A DNA stretch of 62,150 nucleotides from an uncultured Clostridia bacterium (GTDB lineage: Bacteria > Acidobacteriota > Blastocatellia > UBA7656): the NCBI GenBank assembly GCA_964581275.1, contig CAZOOE010000001.1:1-62150 (forward strand), written 5' to 3'. The notes under the pieces were generated by a model that worked only from the letters and a program-made list of their open reading frames with translations, made no database searches and was not told the DNA's origin. How positions within the stretch are numbered: position 1 is the first letter of the stretch; every line of letters begins with the position of its first letter. Shown here piece after piece: positions 50,976-61,613 of the stretch. A program made the position numbers and the translations under genes.

Positions 50976-52514
50976 ATGAAGACAAAAGTCAGGACAAGAA
51001 TGAAATGGAGCACGAGCTGCACAGTCACGCTGGTCACCTCACTTTTGCTACTCTCTCAGGCCGCAGTTGGGGCCCCGCCGCCGATCAGCTCCGGTGACGC
51101 GAGATGGGTTAGTGGACAATCAACGAAAAGAGTACCTCCTAAAGGCAAGGCGCCGGTCAACCAGGAAGTCCTTAAGGTGAAGCTGCCCCGCGCGAAGCAG
51201 GCCACACTCAAAAACGGGTTGCGGGTCCTTGCGCTCGAAGGCTTCGACCAGGTGCCGACTTTCACTATGCAAATGGTCATGTTGAGCGGCGGTCTCTCAG
51301 ACCCGCCCACCCAGCGCGGGCTGGCGAATTTCACCGCCGCGCTGCTGCGCGAGGGAACCGCAACGCGGACTGGCCGTGAGATCGCCGAGCAGATCGAATC
51401 CCTCGGCGCAACGCTGACCGCCGATTCCGATCTCTCTTCCTTCATGACCACGGTAACCATCTCGGGACTGGCGCAGAACCTCGATCCAGCGCTCGAGCTC
51501 TTCGCCGACGTCATCCGCCGTCCAAAGTTTCCGAAGGATGAGGTGGAGAAGTATAAGGCGCAAGCGCTGGCCGAGTTGCAACTCCAACGATCCGTCCCCC
51601 GCTTCCTGGCGAAGGAGCGATTCAGCCGCGCCCTCTACGGCGATCACGCGGCCGGGCTGGTTTCGCCGCCGATGGATTCGCTGAAGCGAGCAACCTCCGA
51701 AGATCTCACGCGCTTCCACGCGGCGCACTATCTGTCGAACAATGCGATCCTGGCGGTGGTGGGTGATGTGACGCTCAAAGAGTTGCTGCCGAAGCTTGAC
51801 CGTGCATTCGGCGATTGGAAACGCGGCCCGGCGCCGCTGACTTCAATCCCGGCAGTAGTCACCCCGACCGCAGCCAGGATTCACTTGATCGACCGGCCCG
51901 GTTCGGTGCAGACCGTGATCCAGCTTGGCAGTTTAGGCATCACTCGCACCGACGCGGATTACTTCGCACTGCTGGTCATGGATAGGATCGTGGGCGGCGG
52001 CCCGGCGGCGCGGCTGTTTTTGAACCTACGCGAAGACAAAGGGTACACCTACGGCGCGTACAGCCAGTTCGGCAGCTCGAAGTTTCGCGGAACGTGGCAG
52101 GCGAGCGCGGAGGTGAGAACCGATGTCACCGCCGGCGCGATGAACGAATTTATGTACGAACTCAGGCGCATCCGCGAGGAGAAGGTCGGGGCGGTTGAGC
52201 TTGACAACGCGAAGCGAGCGCTCACTGGTGGCTTCGCGCTCTCGCTCGAACAGCCGCAGACGCTGTTGCAGAACATCGTCACGCAGCAGCTCTATCACCT
52301 GCCCGACGACTACTGGGATAGCTACGCGCGGAAGGTTGCGGCCATCACAGCTGAAGATGTCCAGCGAGCGGCGCAAAAGTACATCGACCTCGCACACCTG
52401 CAAATTGTGGCCATAGGGGATGCCTCCAAGATACGCGGCGCGCTGGCGAAATACGGAACGGTCGAGGTTTATGATCCTGATGGTAAGCTTGTTAAAGATG
52501 CTGGCAAGAAATGA
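50976..52514 (+). CDS. M16-family peptidase, non-catalytic partner type, copy B2
   Basis: An AAGGAG Shine-Dalgarno lies 9 nt upstream. It has GLANFTAALLREGT and is colinear with B1. Confidence 0.85.
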   Translation: MKTKVRTRMKWSTSCTVTLVTSLLLLSQAAVGAPPPISSGDARWVSGQSTKRVPPKGKAPVNQEVLKVKLPRAKQATLKNGLRVLALEGFDQVPTFTMQMVMLSGGLSDPPTQRGLANFTAALLREGTATRTGREIAEQIESLGATLTADSDLSSFMTTVTISGLAQNLDPALELFADVIRRPKFPKDEVEKYKAQALAELQLQRSVPRFLAKERFSRALYGDHAAGLVSPPMDSLKRATSEDLTRFHAAHYLSNNAILAVVGDVTLKELLPKLDRAFGDWKRGPAPLTSIPAVVTPTAARIHLIDRPGSVQTVIQLGSLGITRTDADYFALLVMDRIVGGGPAARLFLNLREDKGYTYGAYSQFGSSKFRGTWQASAEVRTDVTAGAMNEFMYELRRIREEKVGAVELDNAKRALTGGFALSLEQPQTLLQNIVTQQLYHLPDDYWDSYARKVAAITAEDVQRAAQKYIDLAHLQIVAIGDASKIRGALAKYGTVEVYDPDGKLVKDAGKK

Positions 52515-52865
52515 GAAAGTAGAATAAGTTCGCGATGCGGGAGGAGTTGCTTCAGCGGCTGGCCATCGTTTTCTTTTCATACTGCTTCCATATCTGTGAG
52601 GCGGGTCGGTTCATGCAGTAGAAGGATTTACCGAGAAAGAACGCGAAGCATTCAAAAGCTGCATAGACCAGATCGCCAAGAAGCTGGTAAGTAATGCGAT
52701 CAAGAAAGAGCATGGCATTGGCTGGGCTAACATTACGCCAGAAGGGAAGCAGGAAGAGTCGCTCGATTTCTACACAGTCCCTTCGGCCAACGTCGAATTC
52801 CTGCTCTGGATCGAGGCGAATCTGGCAGGCCGCGTGCCTTAAAGGCTTTGTGCGGGAGCGTCACC

Positions 52866-54767
52866 TCAAGGCGCGAGCCCGACGTCGCGCAGCAGGTCAA
52901 TGAATCGTGGATCCGCGCGGACAGGATCGAGTTTTGGCTCCACCCGCAGGTACATCAACTGCCAGGCGCGATCTTCAAAGGCCTTGCGCAGCCAGACCAG
53001 CGCCTGCTCTTTTTCATCCAGGCCCGCGTAGAGCAGCGCAATCTCATACGGGGAGACATATTGTCGCTGTGATTTCATCTCCAACTGCCCGACAATCTCC
53101 CGCGCTTTCGCTTTCTGCCCCGACACCGCATAAGCGTGCCCCAGTTCGCCGACCATCCGCGAGTTGCTGTCGGAGAGCGAGACCGCCCTTTGCAAGGCGC
53201 TGATGGCCTCGGCAAACTTCCCCTTTTGCAAATAGCCCCAGGCGAGAAACGAGTGGGCGGGAGCGAAGTTCGGATCCATTTCGAGCGTCTTCTCGCTGTG
53301 CTTGATCGTCGCGTCGAAGTCGCGCCTGTAATAACCGATGTAGCCTTCCGCCGTCGCGACAATCAACGACAGCGGATCAATTTCGCCGGCGCGCCTGATT
53401 TCGGTCAGGGCTTCCCCTTGCCGCTCCATCGCCGCCAGGTATTCGGCGTACCACTGATGAGCGGTCGCGTAATTGGGATTTAGTTCGAGGGCGCATTGAT
53501 GTTCCCTTCCAGCGGCGGCCCAGTCCCAGTCGAAGGCCATGGCCGCAAGGGCCAGCGAAGTGTGCGCTTCGGCGAGCGACTCATCTATCTCCAGCGCCTT
53601 GAGGGCCGCCGCTTTGGCTTTCGGGAAAGACTCCTTCGGCGAGAGACTGCCATAGTAGCTGAGCAGGTTGTAACAGTCGGCCAGTCCGGCGTAGGCCAAC
53701 GCGTAGTCGGGGTCGCGCTCGATCGCGCGCTGAAAATATTCGCCGCCTTTCCGCAAGCCTTCGACCGACCGCTTGTTCCAGAAGTAGCGGCCCTTGAGGT
53801 AAAACTGGAAAGCCTCGGTGTTCTCGGTGTAGCGTTTGGTCAGTTGTTCCCGCTCCACCCTGCTCAGCTTGAGCGCCAGCGCGCGCGCCACCTGTTGGGA
53901 GATCGAGTCCTGGACGGCGAAAATGTTGGTGAACTGCTCGTCGAACTTCTCCGACCAGAGCGGCTGGCCGTCGCGCACCCGGATGAGCTGCACCGTCACG
54001 CGAATGCGATCTTCCAGCTTTTGAATTCGTCCCTCGATCAACGCATCCACGGCCAGTTCCCGTCCGGCGGCCAGCGGATCAGCGCCCGATCCTGAGTATT
54101 TGAGCACGGCGCTGGTTGGGCGGGTGATCACCTGCCTCAGATTGCCGAGCCTGGTGATCAGCGCGTCGGCCATGCCCAGACTGAGATATTCGTCACCGCT
54201 CTCGCCGCTCAGGTTTCTGAATGGAAGAACGGCGATGGTTCTGACTGGTGTTTCAGTGACGGCTGGGTTTGATTTGTTGGAAAGGAAGAGATAGGTGACG
54301 ATGGAGATGAGAATCAGTAGGAGCAGGCTGACCAAAACAACCTTTCGCCCTGAAGCTCGGAGTGGCAGAGGTAATTCGGCAGAATGACGAAGCCCTCTTT
54401 CCTCACTCTCCTGCTCGGCGCCATCGCTGAGGCTTTCCCTGACCTCCGCGACGAAGCTGTAGCCTTGTCCCGGGATCGTCACGATATAGCGGTGCTCTTG
54501 CGGATTCTCATGCAGGGCTTTTCTCAGCGCCGAGATGATCACGGTGAGGTTGTTCTCCTCGACCACCGTGTCCGGCCAGAGATGTTTCATCAATTCGTCT
54601 TTGCTCAGGACCGCGCCACGGCGCTGGATTAAAACGAGCAGCATATTAAAAGCCCTCGGCGCAAGCGTCACCGAATCGCCATCACGGAACAACAGCCGTC
54701 TGCCGGCATCCAGGCGGAAGGCATCGAACTCGTAATAGTGGCTCGCCGGACGGCTTAGCGTCTCCAT
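52866..54767 (-). CDS. CadC-like transcriptional regulator: OmpR/PhoB-type winged helix, a TM segment, and a periplasmic domain with TPR repeats
   Basis: The N-terminus is [55 protein letters not shown]. The TM segment is [19 protein letters not shown]. The C-terminus has multiple TPR motifs. Confidence 0.8.
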   Translation of the reverse strand: METLSRPASHYYEFDAFRLDAGRRLLFRDGDSVTLAPRAFNMLLVLIQRRGAVLSKDELMKHLWPDTVVEENNLTVIISALRKALHENPQEHRYIVTIPGQGYSFVAEVRESLSDGAEQESEERGLRHSAELPLPLRASGRKVVLVSLLLLILISIVTYLFLSNKSNPAVTETPVRTIAVLPFRNLSGESGDEYLSLGMADALITRLGNLRQVITRPTSAVLKYSGSGADPLAAGRELAVDALIEGRIQKLEDRIRVTVQLIRVRDGQPLWSEKFDEQFTNIFAVQDSISQQVARALALKLSRVEREQLTKRYTENTEAFQFYLKGRYFWNKRSVEGLRKGGEYFQRAIERDPDYALAYAGLADCYNLLSYYGSLSPKESFPKAKAAALKALEIDESLAEAHTSLALAAMAFDWDWAAAGREHQCALELNPNYATAHQWYAEYLAAMERQGEALTEIRRAGEIDPLSLIVATAEGYIGYYRRDFDATIKHSEKTLEMDPNFAPAHSFLAWGYLQKGKFAEAISALQRAVSLSDSNSRMVGELGHAYAVSGQKAKAREIVGQLEMKSQRQYVSPYEIALLYAGLDEKEQALVWLRKAFEDRAWQLMYLRVEPKLDPVRADPRFIDLLRDVGLAP

Positions 54768-55004
54768 AAGAAAAAATAAGAAAGAATAAGCTGTGTGACA
54801 ATGACTCGTAGCCGCATTCCGTGCTTTATTCAGCAGTCATCACACACAAATCCGGATTCGAAAATTGCGCTTTGATTGCGATCGACTGTTCCGCCGAAGT
54901 TTAGCAAACGGCGCTATGGCGAGCAATGAATGCTGCCCGCACAACTGTTATCGGAGATGGTAGGGCGGGTCATTTAGCCTACCCCACTCCCGGAGAAGTG
55001 AATA

Positions 55005-58000
55005 ATGAGACAGACTTTCTACCGAAGCATTTTACTGATCGCGGCGATCATGAGCTTTTCAACCATCAGTCTCGCGCAAACCGCCGAGGTGACCGGGATC
55101 GTCAAGGATTCGACGCAGGCGGTCGTCGCCAATGCCACCATCACGCTGACCAATGATGACACGGGCATCAAGCGCGTCACGACGACCAACAGTCTGGGCT
55201 ATTACAACTTCTCGTTCGTGACGCCGGGCAATTACAAACTGACCGCGCAGACCAAAGGCTTTCAGACCGTGAACCGGACCGGCGTCAAGCTCGAAGTGGC
55301 GCAAATCGCCCGGCTCGATTTCACGCTTCCCGTGGGCGAGATCGCGGCGGAGATCACGGTGACGGACGCTGCGCCGCTGCTGCAAACAGAGAACACGGCG
55401 CTGGGTCGCACCACCTCGGAGCAGTTCATCGTTTCGCTGCCGCTCTCGAATCGCAACTTCACGCAGATTCTCGCGCTTTCGACCGGCACTGCCGTAGACC
55501 TGCCCAACGCGGGCGAAGTCGGCAGGAATTCGCAGAACGTGGCCTCGAACGGCGCGCGACCCACCTTCAACAGCTTCGAGTTCAACGGCGTGGACGCCAA
55601 CAACATCGCGGAAAATTCGGCGTCGGGCTTTGGTGCGCAAACCGGGCTGGCCGTACCCGCGCCCGATACCTTGCAGGAATTCAAGGCGCAGACCGGTTTA
55701 TATGACGCGAGCAAAGGCCGGGGCGCGGGCGCGAATGTGGACATCGTCAGCAAGTCCGGCACGAACGCTTTTCACGGCACGCTCTGGGAGTTCTTCCGCA
55801 ACGACAAACTCAACGCTAATGATTTCTTCTTGAATCGCGCGGGGCAGAAACGGCCCGTGCTGAAACAGAATCAATTCGGAGGCGCGCTGGGCGGCCCCGT
55901 TCGCAAAGACAAGACCTTTTCCTTCGGCGCGTACCAGGGCACGATCCAACGCAATGGACATTCCAATCTCGGTTTTCGCACGGCGCTGGTTCCGCCCCTG
56001 ACCAATGACCGTTCGGCGGCGGCCATCGGGCGATTGTTCACGGGGCAGCGCGGGCTATTCCAGAACATCTTCGGCGGCGTCGGCCCGGCGATTGCGGCGG
56101 ACGGCTCGAACATCAACCTGGTCGCGCTCCGGCTGCTCAATATCAAATTGCCGAACGGTCAGTTTGCAATTCCGACACCACAAACGATTTTGCCCAACGG
56201 GCTGGGGCAGTTCTCGTTTTCCTCGCCGGTCAAATTCCGCGAAGACCAGTACACGAGCAACTTCGACCACGCCTTTTCCGACCACAACCAGTTCGCGGCG
56301 CGGTTCTTTTATGCCGACACCGATCAGGATTCACCGTACTTTCGCAACAACCTGCCGGGCTACGGGCTGATCCAGAAGAACAAAAATCTCTTGCTGGTTT
56401 TGTCCGACACACAGACCTTCGGGTCGAATAAGATCAACATCGCGCGCGTGGGGTTCATCCGCTTCAAGGAAGCGCAGGTGCAACCCGAACCGATCAACAA
56501 CTCCGATCTCGGCATCACTTCGCCGGGAGGGTTGCCGGGCATGCCGACTATTCAGGTTTCAGGGCTTTTTCAGCTCGGGACGGATTTATTTCTGACCGAA
56601 ACCACCAATTCCTATGTCGCGCAGGACACGTTTTCCATTTTCGCGGGCAGGCACAGTCTGCGCTTCGGCGGTGAATTCAAGCGCGACGGGCGCACACAGT
56701 ACCCGACCATTTTCCAGCGAGGATTGCTGGTCTTTCCCAGCTTCCCGGACTTTCTGCTGGGGTTGAGCGGGGCGCAAAACGGCACGCGCATCCTCAGCAA
56801 TGTGCTGGCCAGCATTCTGCTTTCTGGTTCGCTCGAAAAGGCCGACCGCTACAACAACTGGGCGGGATTCATTCAGGACGACTTCAAAGTCTCGCCACGG
56901 CTCACGGTGAATTTAGGCTTGCGCTATGAATACTTCGGCCCGCCGCAGGATATTCGCGGGCGGCTGGGCAACTTCGATCAAAACCTCGCGCTGGCTATGC
57001 CTCCGGCAGGCGGCACGCTGACGGGCATCTTGCTCGAGAAAGATTACAAAGGCACGCTGCCCGCAGGCGTGACGCGGCGCGCGGAATCAGGGCTGTGGGA
57101 TAAAGACCGCAACGATTTCTCGCCGCGCCTGGGCTTCGCTTACCGTCTCAGTGACAAACCCGGCCTCGTCTTGCGCGGCGGTTACGGCATTTATTACCAG
57201 CGACTGACCGGGCAGGTGGCGTTGCAGACGGCGGCCAATTTGCCGTTCTCGCTGTTCGACATTCGCGGCGGCCCGGCCAATGCCGCCGCCACGTTCCAGA
57301 ATCCGGTTAATCCTCCGGGGCTGCCAGTGTCGAGCTTTCCGCTATTTGTGCTGCGCACCGCCACGACGAGTCAAAGTCCCATCGGGATTTCCACGCGCGT
57401 GCGCAGCCCGTACGTTCAGCAGTACGGGCTGAACCTCCAATATGAGTTTGCGCCCGACTTCATGCTCGAAGTGGGCTATGTCGGCTCGAAAGGAACGCGG
57501 CTGACCGGGACTCTCGGCTACAATCAGGCGCTGCTCGCTTCGGCGCAGAGTCCGGTCAATGGCGTGACGACGAACACGGTCGCCAACGTGCAGCAGCGCG
57601 TGCCGGTTGTCGGTCTGGCGGCAGGTGCGACTCAGGTGCAGACCAACTTCAGTTCCAACTACAACTCGCTGCAAACCAGCGTGACCAAGCGATTTAGCCG
57701 GGGATTGGATTTCCTCGCCGGTTACACCTGGTCTAAGAGCCTGGACGTAGTCTCGGGCGGTTCTGTGAATCAGGGCTTTGACGTGGGCGGCGTGTTGAAC
57801 GATCAGAGGAACCTGCGCGGTTCGTATGGCCCGTCGGACTTTGATCGCGCGCATCGCTTCGTGCTGAGCTTCGTCTATCAAACGCCGGAGATGAAAAGCG
57901 GCGGACGCGCCCTGCAAACGTTGTTGTCGCGCTGGCAATTTTCGGGGTTGCTGACACTGCAATCGGGTCTGCCGCTGACCGTCACGGATTCGACGGTGGG

Positions 58001-58388
58001 CACGATTTACGGCGCGACCGGCGGGCGGGCGGAATGCACGGGGCAGAATCCGGCGAGTTCCGGTTCGGTCACAGCGCGGCTCAACGGCTATTTCAACCCC
58101 GGAGCCTTTACCACCGCGCCCGCGATTGGTGACGGAAGAGACTTTGGCAATTGCGGACGCGGCATCGCGCGAGGGGCGGATCAGCGCAATTTGGATTTCT
58201 CGATTCAGCGCAGCTTCCCCATCTTCAGGGAATCGAACCTGCTCTTCCGCGCGGAGTTTTTCAATCTGACCAATACGCCGAAATTCGGCTTGCCGAACCC
58301 CGACCGTTCGGCGCCCTCGTTCGGCATCATCTCCAGCACCGCCGCCAATCCACGGATCGTCCAGTTCGCCCTGAAATATAACTTCTGA
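55005..58388 (+). CDS. TonB-dependent receptor (CarboxypepD_reg + plug + barrel)
   Basis: It has a signal peptide, TGIVKDSTQAVVANATITL and the C-terminus QFALKYNF. Confidence 0.9.
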   Translation: MRQTFYRSILLIAAIMSFSTISLAQTAEVTGIVKDSTQAVVANATITLTNDDTGIKRVTTTNSLGYYNFSFVTPGNYKLTAQTKGFQTVNRTGVKLEVAQIARLDFTLPVGEIAAEITVTDAAPLLQTENTALGRTTSEQFIVSLPLSNRNFTQILALSTGTAVDLPNAGEVGRNSQNVASNGARPTFNSFEFNGVDANNIAENSASGFGAQTGLAVPAPDTLQEFKAQTGLYDASKGRGAGANVDIVSKSGTNAFHGTLWEFFRNDKLNANDFFLNRAGQKRPVLKQNQFGGALGGPVRKDKTFSFGAYQGTIQRNGHSNLGFRTALVPPLTNDRSAAAIGRLFTGQRGLFQNIFGGVGPAIAADGSNINLVALRLLNIKLPNGQFAIPTPQTILPNGLGQFSFSSPVKFREDQYTSNFDHAFSDHNQFAARFFYADTDQDSPYFRNNLPGYGLIQKNKNLLLVLSDTQTFGSNKINIARVGFIRFKEAQVQPEPINNSDLGITSPGGLPGMPTIQVSGLFQLGTDLFLTETTNSYVAQDTFSIFAGRHSLRFGGEFKRDGRTQYPTIFQRGLLVFPSFPDFLLGLSGAQNGTRILSNVLASILLSGSLEKADRYNNWAGFIQDDFKVSPRLTVNLGLRYEYFGPPQDIRGRLGNFDQNLALAMPPAGGTLTGILLEKDYKGTLPAGVTRRAESGLWDKDRNDFSPRLGFAYRLSDKPGLVLRGGYGIYYQRLTGQVALQTAANLPFSLFDIRGGPANAAATFQNPVNPPGLPVSSFPLFVLRTATTSQSPIGISTRVRSPYVQQYGLNLQYEFAPDFMLEVGYVGSKGTRLTGTLGYNQALLASAQSPVNGVTTNTVANVQQRVPVVGLAAGATQVQTNFSSNYNSLQTSVTKRFSRGLDFLAGYTWSKSLDVVSGGSVNQGFDVGGVLNDQRNLRGSYGPSDFDRAHRFVLSFVYQTPEMKSGGRALQTLLSRWQFSGLLTLQSGLPLTVTDSTVGTIYGATGGRAECTGQNPASSGSVTARLNGYFNPGAFTTAPAIGDGRDFGNCGRGIARGADQRNLDFSIQRSFPIFRESNLLFRAEFFNLTNTPKFGLPNPDRSAPSFGIISSTAANPRIVQFALKYNF

Positions 58389-58461
58389 TAGGGTAGCGCA
58401 ACCTGTCCAGCTGCTTCCTGATCTGAGACATTTGGAGAAACCAGACAATGGAGGAGACAGA

Positions 58462-59895
58462 ATGCGAATCCGTATCTACAAGATTCTCCTGGCGGCACAG
58501 CTCACTCGGCAATCGCGCGCTCTCGCGGTTGGCTTACTCGCGCTCATCTTCTTTCCGCACCTGGCGGCCACGCAAACATCCGCCAGGAATGAGGACTTTG
58601 AGAAGGAGTTCCTCGCCTGGGTTCGCCGGGACATGCATCCGGTTGCCACATTGGCGACGGATGCCCCGTTCTCCGATTTTGAACCCCTACGACGCATGAT
58701 CGGCGGCGCCACGATTGTCTCGCTCGGCGAGGGGCTGCACATGGGCGCCGAACCGCTCGAGTTTCGGAACCGCTTGTTTCGCTTCCTGGTCGAGAAGATG
58801 GGCTTCACTGCGATTGTCATCGAATCGGGAATCATCGAAGGCTTCGCGGTGAACGACTATGTGCTCGGCGGCCCCGGAGACCTGAAGACGGTCGTCGAGC
58901 AGGGATTCACCTCCGGCTTCAACAGGCTCCCACAGTCAGCCTCCCTGACGCAGTGGATGCGCAATTACAACGCTGACCCGAAGCATGCGCGGAAGATTCA
59001 GTTTTACGGGTTCAATGTGTCCGATGGTAAAGCAACCCTGGAGGATGCGCTGCGATATCTGGATGTCGTCGACCCGGCACCGGCAACCGGGCTGCGAAAC
59101 CGGATCATCCCTTTGCTTCCGATGTTAAACTTCAGTCGCTTTTCGGATTCACCGAACAGCTATCCACGCCTCTCGCAGGCGCAGCGTGATCTGTTGACGG
59201 GCGCTATTGCCGATCTGGTCACGCTCTTCGAGTTGCGCGAAGGGGCATACATCGCCGCCACCTCGGATCGGGCCTACAAGCGGGCCTACCGCTCCGCCAT
59301 CGCCGCGCGACAGATGGATGAGTACTTGCGGCAGGTCCCGGTCGGCTGGACGCCGAAGGACGGAATGGGTTTGGTGCTCGGGAGCTCTGCCGTCGCCGAT
59401 CGCGCCGCGTTCGACAACGTCCGCTGGGTCAGGGAGCAAGAGGGCGCGGACGGGAAGATCCTGGTTTTTGCTCATCGCGATCATCTCGCCACGACGCTGT
59501 TTTCCGTGCGCTTTCAACCGCAGAACAGATTCGGCATGCCACCCGAAGCCCGCATGCCTCCGCTGCTGGGGACTTATCTGCAGCGGCAATATGGGAAACA
59601 ACTCGTCACGATCGCGAATCTGGTGGGCGAGGACACCAGTAATTGCCGGGCGAAACGCCCACCGCCTCCTGACGGATCACTGGAAGGGCTGCTCGCTTCG
59701 TTGAAGAAGCCTTTTTTTCTGTTGGACCTGCGGGCGGCGCCGCGCGTGGTGGCCGTCTGGCTCGATCAGTCGCGCGAGCTTTACGGTCTGGACCGTCCCG
59801 ATTCACTCAATGTCGTGAAAGCCTTCGACATCGTCTTCTTCTCCCGTCTGGTAACCCCGGCCGTGCCGTGCGGCCCCACGGCCGTAAAGGAATGA
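58462..59895 (+). CDS. Erythromycin-esterase-family protein
   Basis: A GGAGGAG Shine-Dalgarno precedes the start. VSLGEGLHMGAEPLEFRNRLFRFLVEKMGFTAIVIESG matches the family N-terminal signature. Confidence 0.75.
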   Translation: MRIRIYKILLAAQLTRQSRALAVGLLALIFFPHLAATQTSARNEDFEKEFLAWVRRDMHPVATLATDAPFSDFEPLRRMIGGATIVSLGEGLHMGAEPLEFRNRLFRFLVEKMGFTAIVIESGIIEGFAVNDYVLGGPGDLKTVVEQGFTSGFNRLPQSASLTQWMRNYNADPKHARKIQFYGFNVSDGKATLEDALRYLDVVDPAPATGLRNRIIPLLPMLNFSRFSDSPNSYPRLSQAQRDLLTGAIADLVTLFELREGAYIAATSDRAYKRAYRSAIAARQMDEYLRQVPVGWTPKDGMGLVLGSSAVADRAAFDNVRWVREQEGADGKILVFAHRDHLATTLFSVRFQPQNRFGMPPEARMPPLLGTYLQRQYGKQLVTIANLVGEDTSNCRAKRPPPPDGSLEGLLASLKKPFFLLDLRAAPRVVAVWLDQSRELYGLDRPDSLNVVKAFDIVFFSRLVTPAVPCGPTAVKE

Positions 59896-61094
59896 TGGAA
59901 ATGAACACAATCTATGCGTTGCTTGCGCATTCCTGGAGCGGGCTGCTGATTGCCGGGCTCGTGGGCGCACTCGGCTGGCTAATCGCGCGCGCTACGCGTT
60001 GGCGCAGGTATCCGCGACTGCGGAGCGCGCGGTTTATAGGTTATGCCGTCTACGCGCTGGCGCTGCTGCTCGCGATTGGCAGCGTCGTCGCCATCGTCCG
60101 CATCAACCGGACGGAAGGCCTGTACCCGCCCAGAGGAAAACTCGTTGACGTGGGCGGCTATCGAATGCACATTCTAGCCGAAGGAGACGCGCGGGGCGGG
60201 CCGACGCTCGTCTGGATCGGCGGAGGCCACGCTTCGGGGCTTTTTATCTACCCGCTTCACAAGGCGCTGCGAAGCGAAACGCGCTCGGTCATTTTCGACC
60301 GCCCGGGAACGGGCTGGAGCGATACCGGCCCGTTCCCGCGCCGCACGTCCCGGGAGGCCGAAGAACTCAGGACGCTGCTCGACAACGCTGGCGAGCGCGG
60401 GCCTTTCATCCTGATCGGTCATTCTTACGGCGGACTGCTGGCGGCGAACTTCGCCCGGCGGTACAAGGAAAAAACGGCGGCGGTCATGCTGCTCGACGCC
60501 ACGCCGCCGGACGTGTTCACCTATCTGCCGGGCGGCGGAGGGCCGGCGCTGCCGGTCGGCATCGTGCGCCGCAGCCAGCGCGCGGCGTTGACGAAGATGT
60601 TCAGCATCCCCTTCGGTCTTTTGACCGGGGCAGGCAGGGCAGATAGTGGAGACGAGGAATCCCGGCGGGTCGCCCGGGTTTACGCAGAAGGTCTGTTCGA
60701 GGTCGGCGAAGAGATGCGAGCGATTGACGCGGGACCGGCGGCGGACTGGGTTTCGGCGTCGCTGTTTGAAGAGTGGAGCGACCCCCGCAGCGTCGCCGAT
60801 TTGCTGGTTTACGACGGCGAGTTGAGCGACCTCCCGGTCTTCGTTGTGGTTCCCGAAGGAAAGGAGAAGGCGGACGTTCTCCCGTCACTCGGCGTGAGTG
60901 GAAAGGAAGGCGAGCGGGCGCTCCATTTTCTCGAGCGGGCGCGCCTGCGCTATCTCCGAGCGTCGTCGAAAGCGGAGTTGATTCATACGCCCGCCGGAAC
61001 CACGCATCATTATCCTTACGAAACGCCTGATTTTACGGTGGACGTTGTGCGCCGCGTGTTAGCCGGGAGCCGCGCGGCGGCGACCTCTCCATAG
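59892..61094 (+). CDS. Alpha/beta-fold hydrolase with an N-terminal membrane anchor
   Basis: An ATGA overlap links it to the upstream gene. The nucleophile elbow is GHSYGG, and two N-terminal TM helices are present. Confidence 0.8.
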   Translation: MMEMNTIYALLAHSWSGLLIAGLVGALGWLIARATRWRRYPRLRSARFIGYAVYALALLLAIGSVVAIVRINRTEGLYPPRGKLVDVGGYRMHILAEGDARGGPTLVWIGGGHASGLFIYPLHKALRSETRSVIFDRPGTGWSDTGPFPRRTSREAEELRTLLDNAGERGPFILIGHSYGGLLAANFARRYKEKTAAVMLLDATPPDVFTYLPGGGGPALPVGIVRRSQRAALTKMFSIPFGLLTGAGRADSGDEESRRVARVYAEGLFEVGEEMRAIDAGPAADWVSASLFEEWSDPRSVADLLVYDGELSDLPVFVVVPEGKEKADVLPSLGVSGKEGERALHFLERARLRYLRASSKAELIHTPAGTTHHYPYETPDFTVDVVRRVLAGSRAAATSP

Positions 61095-61158
61095 AGGAAG
61101 TCCGCCGGATGCAAACGACCCCGAACCATCTGCTGCAAGAACGAATCAAGGAGGCACG

Positions 61159-61599
61159 ATGAAGAAAGCGTTGTTAGCTGCGCTGTTTCTGGTAATGCCG
61201 TTGTTGACCAACGAGGCGTTCGCGCAATCCCCGAACTCCGATAACGGACCGGTGTGGCGATTGATCTACTACCGGATCAAGCCTGGGCAGGAAGCCGCAT
61301 CCTGGCAGGACTTTCGGGAGAACGCGAAGCCCATCTTCGAGATGGCAAAAAAAGAAGGTGTGTTCGTAGATTACAAGATCCTCCAGAATCCGCTCAAGGA
61401 TCGCCCAGACGATTGGGATGTGCTGCTGGTGATTGCGCTGCCGAATTACGCGATGCTAGATCAGTTGGAAGCCAAAGCGGCCGCTCTCTACAATAAGCAC
61501 TATGGTTCGCCGGAAGCTGCGGCGGCGGCGGCAAAGAAACGCGGCGAGTTGCGCGAAGTGATCGCTCAGCGGCTGGCGCGCGAGGTTTTGCTGAAGTGA
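61159..61599 (+). CDS. Secreted hypothetical protein
   Basis: A GGAGG Shine-Dalgarno precedes the start. The signal peptide is MKKALLAALFLVMPLLTNEAFAQ. Confidence 0.55.
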   Translation: MKKALLAALFLVMPLLTNEAFAQSPNSDNGPVWRLIYYRIKPGQEAASWQDFRENAKPIFEMAKKEGVFVDYKILQNPLKDRPDDWDVLLVIALPNYAMLDQLEAKAAALYNKHYGSPEAAAAAAKKRGELREVIAQRLAREVLLK

Positions 61600-61613
61600 C
61601 TAAAGGGTAATTT

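Noticed and set aside
52600-52841. Start-less open frame (…VEGFTEKEREAFKSCIDQIAKKLVSNAIKKEHGIGWANITPEGKQEESLDFYTVPSANVEFLLWIEANLAGRVP*) between the last M16 gene and the CadC-like regulator.
   Set aside because: It looks like a C-terminal gene remnant, but I could not assign a family. It has no start codon and is too uncertain to annotate.
57342-58448. 368-aa ORF antisense to the TonB-dependent receptor. Similar long antisense or overlapping ORFs occur at 44007-44798, 49615-50154, 29788-30561, 30488-31261, 52026-52580, 18649-19182, 22045-22587, 53496-54095 and 55059-55640.
   Set aside because: All lie entirely inside, and antisense or out of frame to, genes with clear family signatures. They are Arg/Ala/Gly/Pro-rich, as expected from stop-poor GC-rich DNA, and I recognised no motifs in them.
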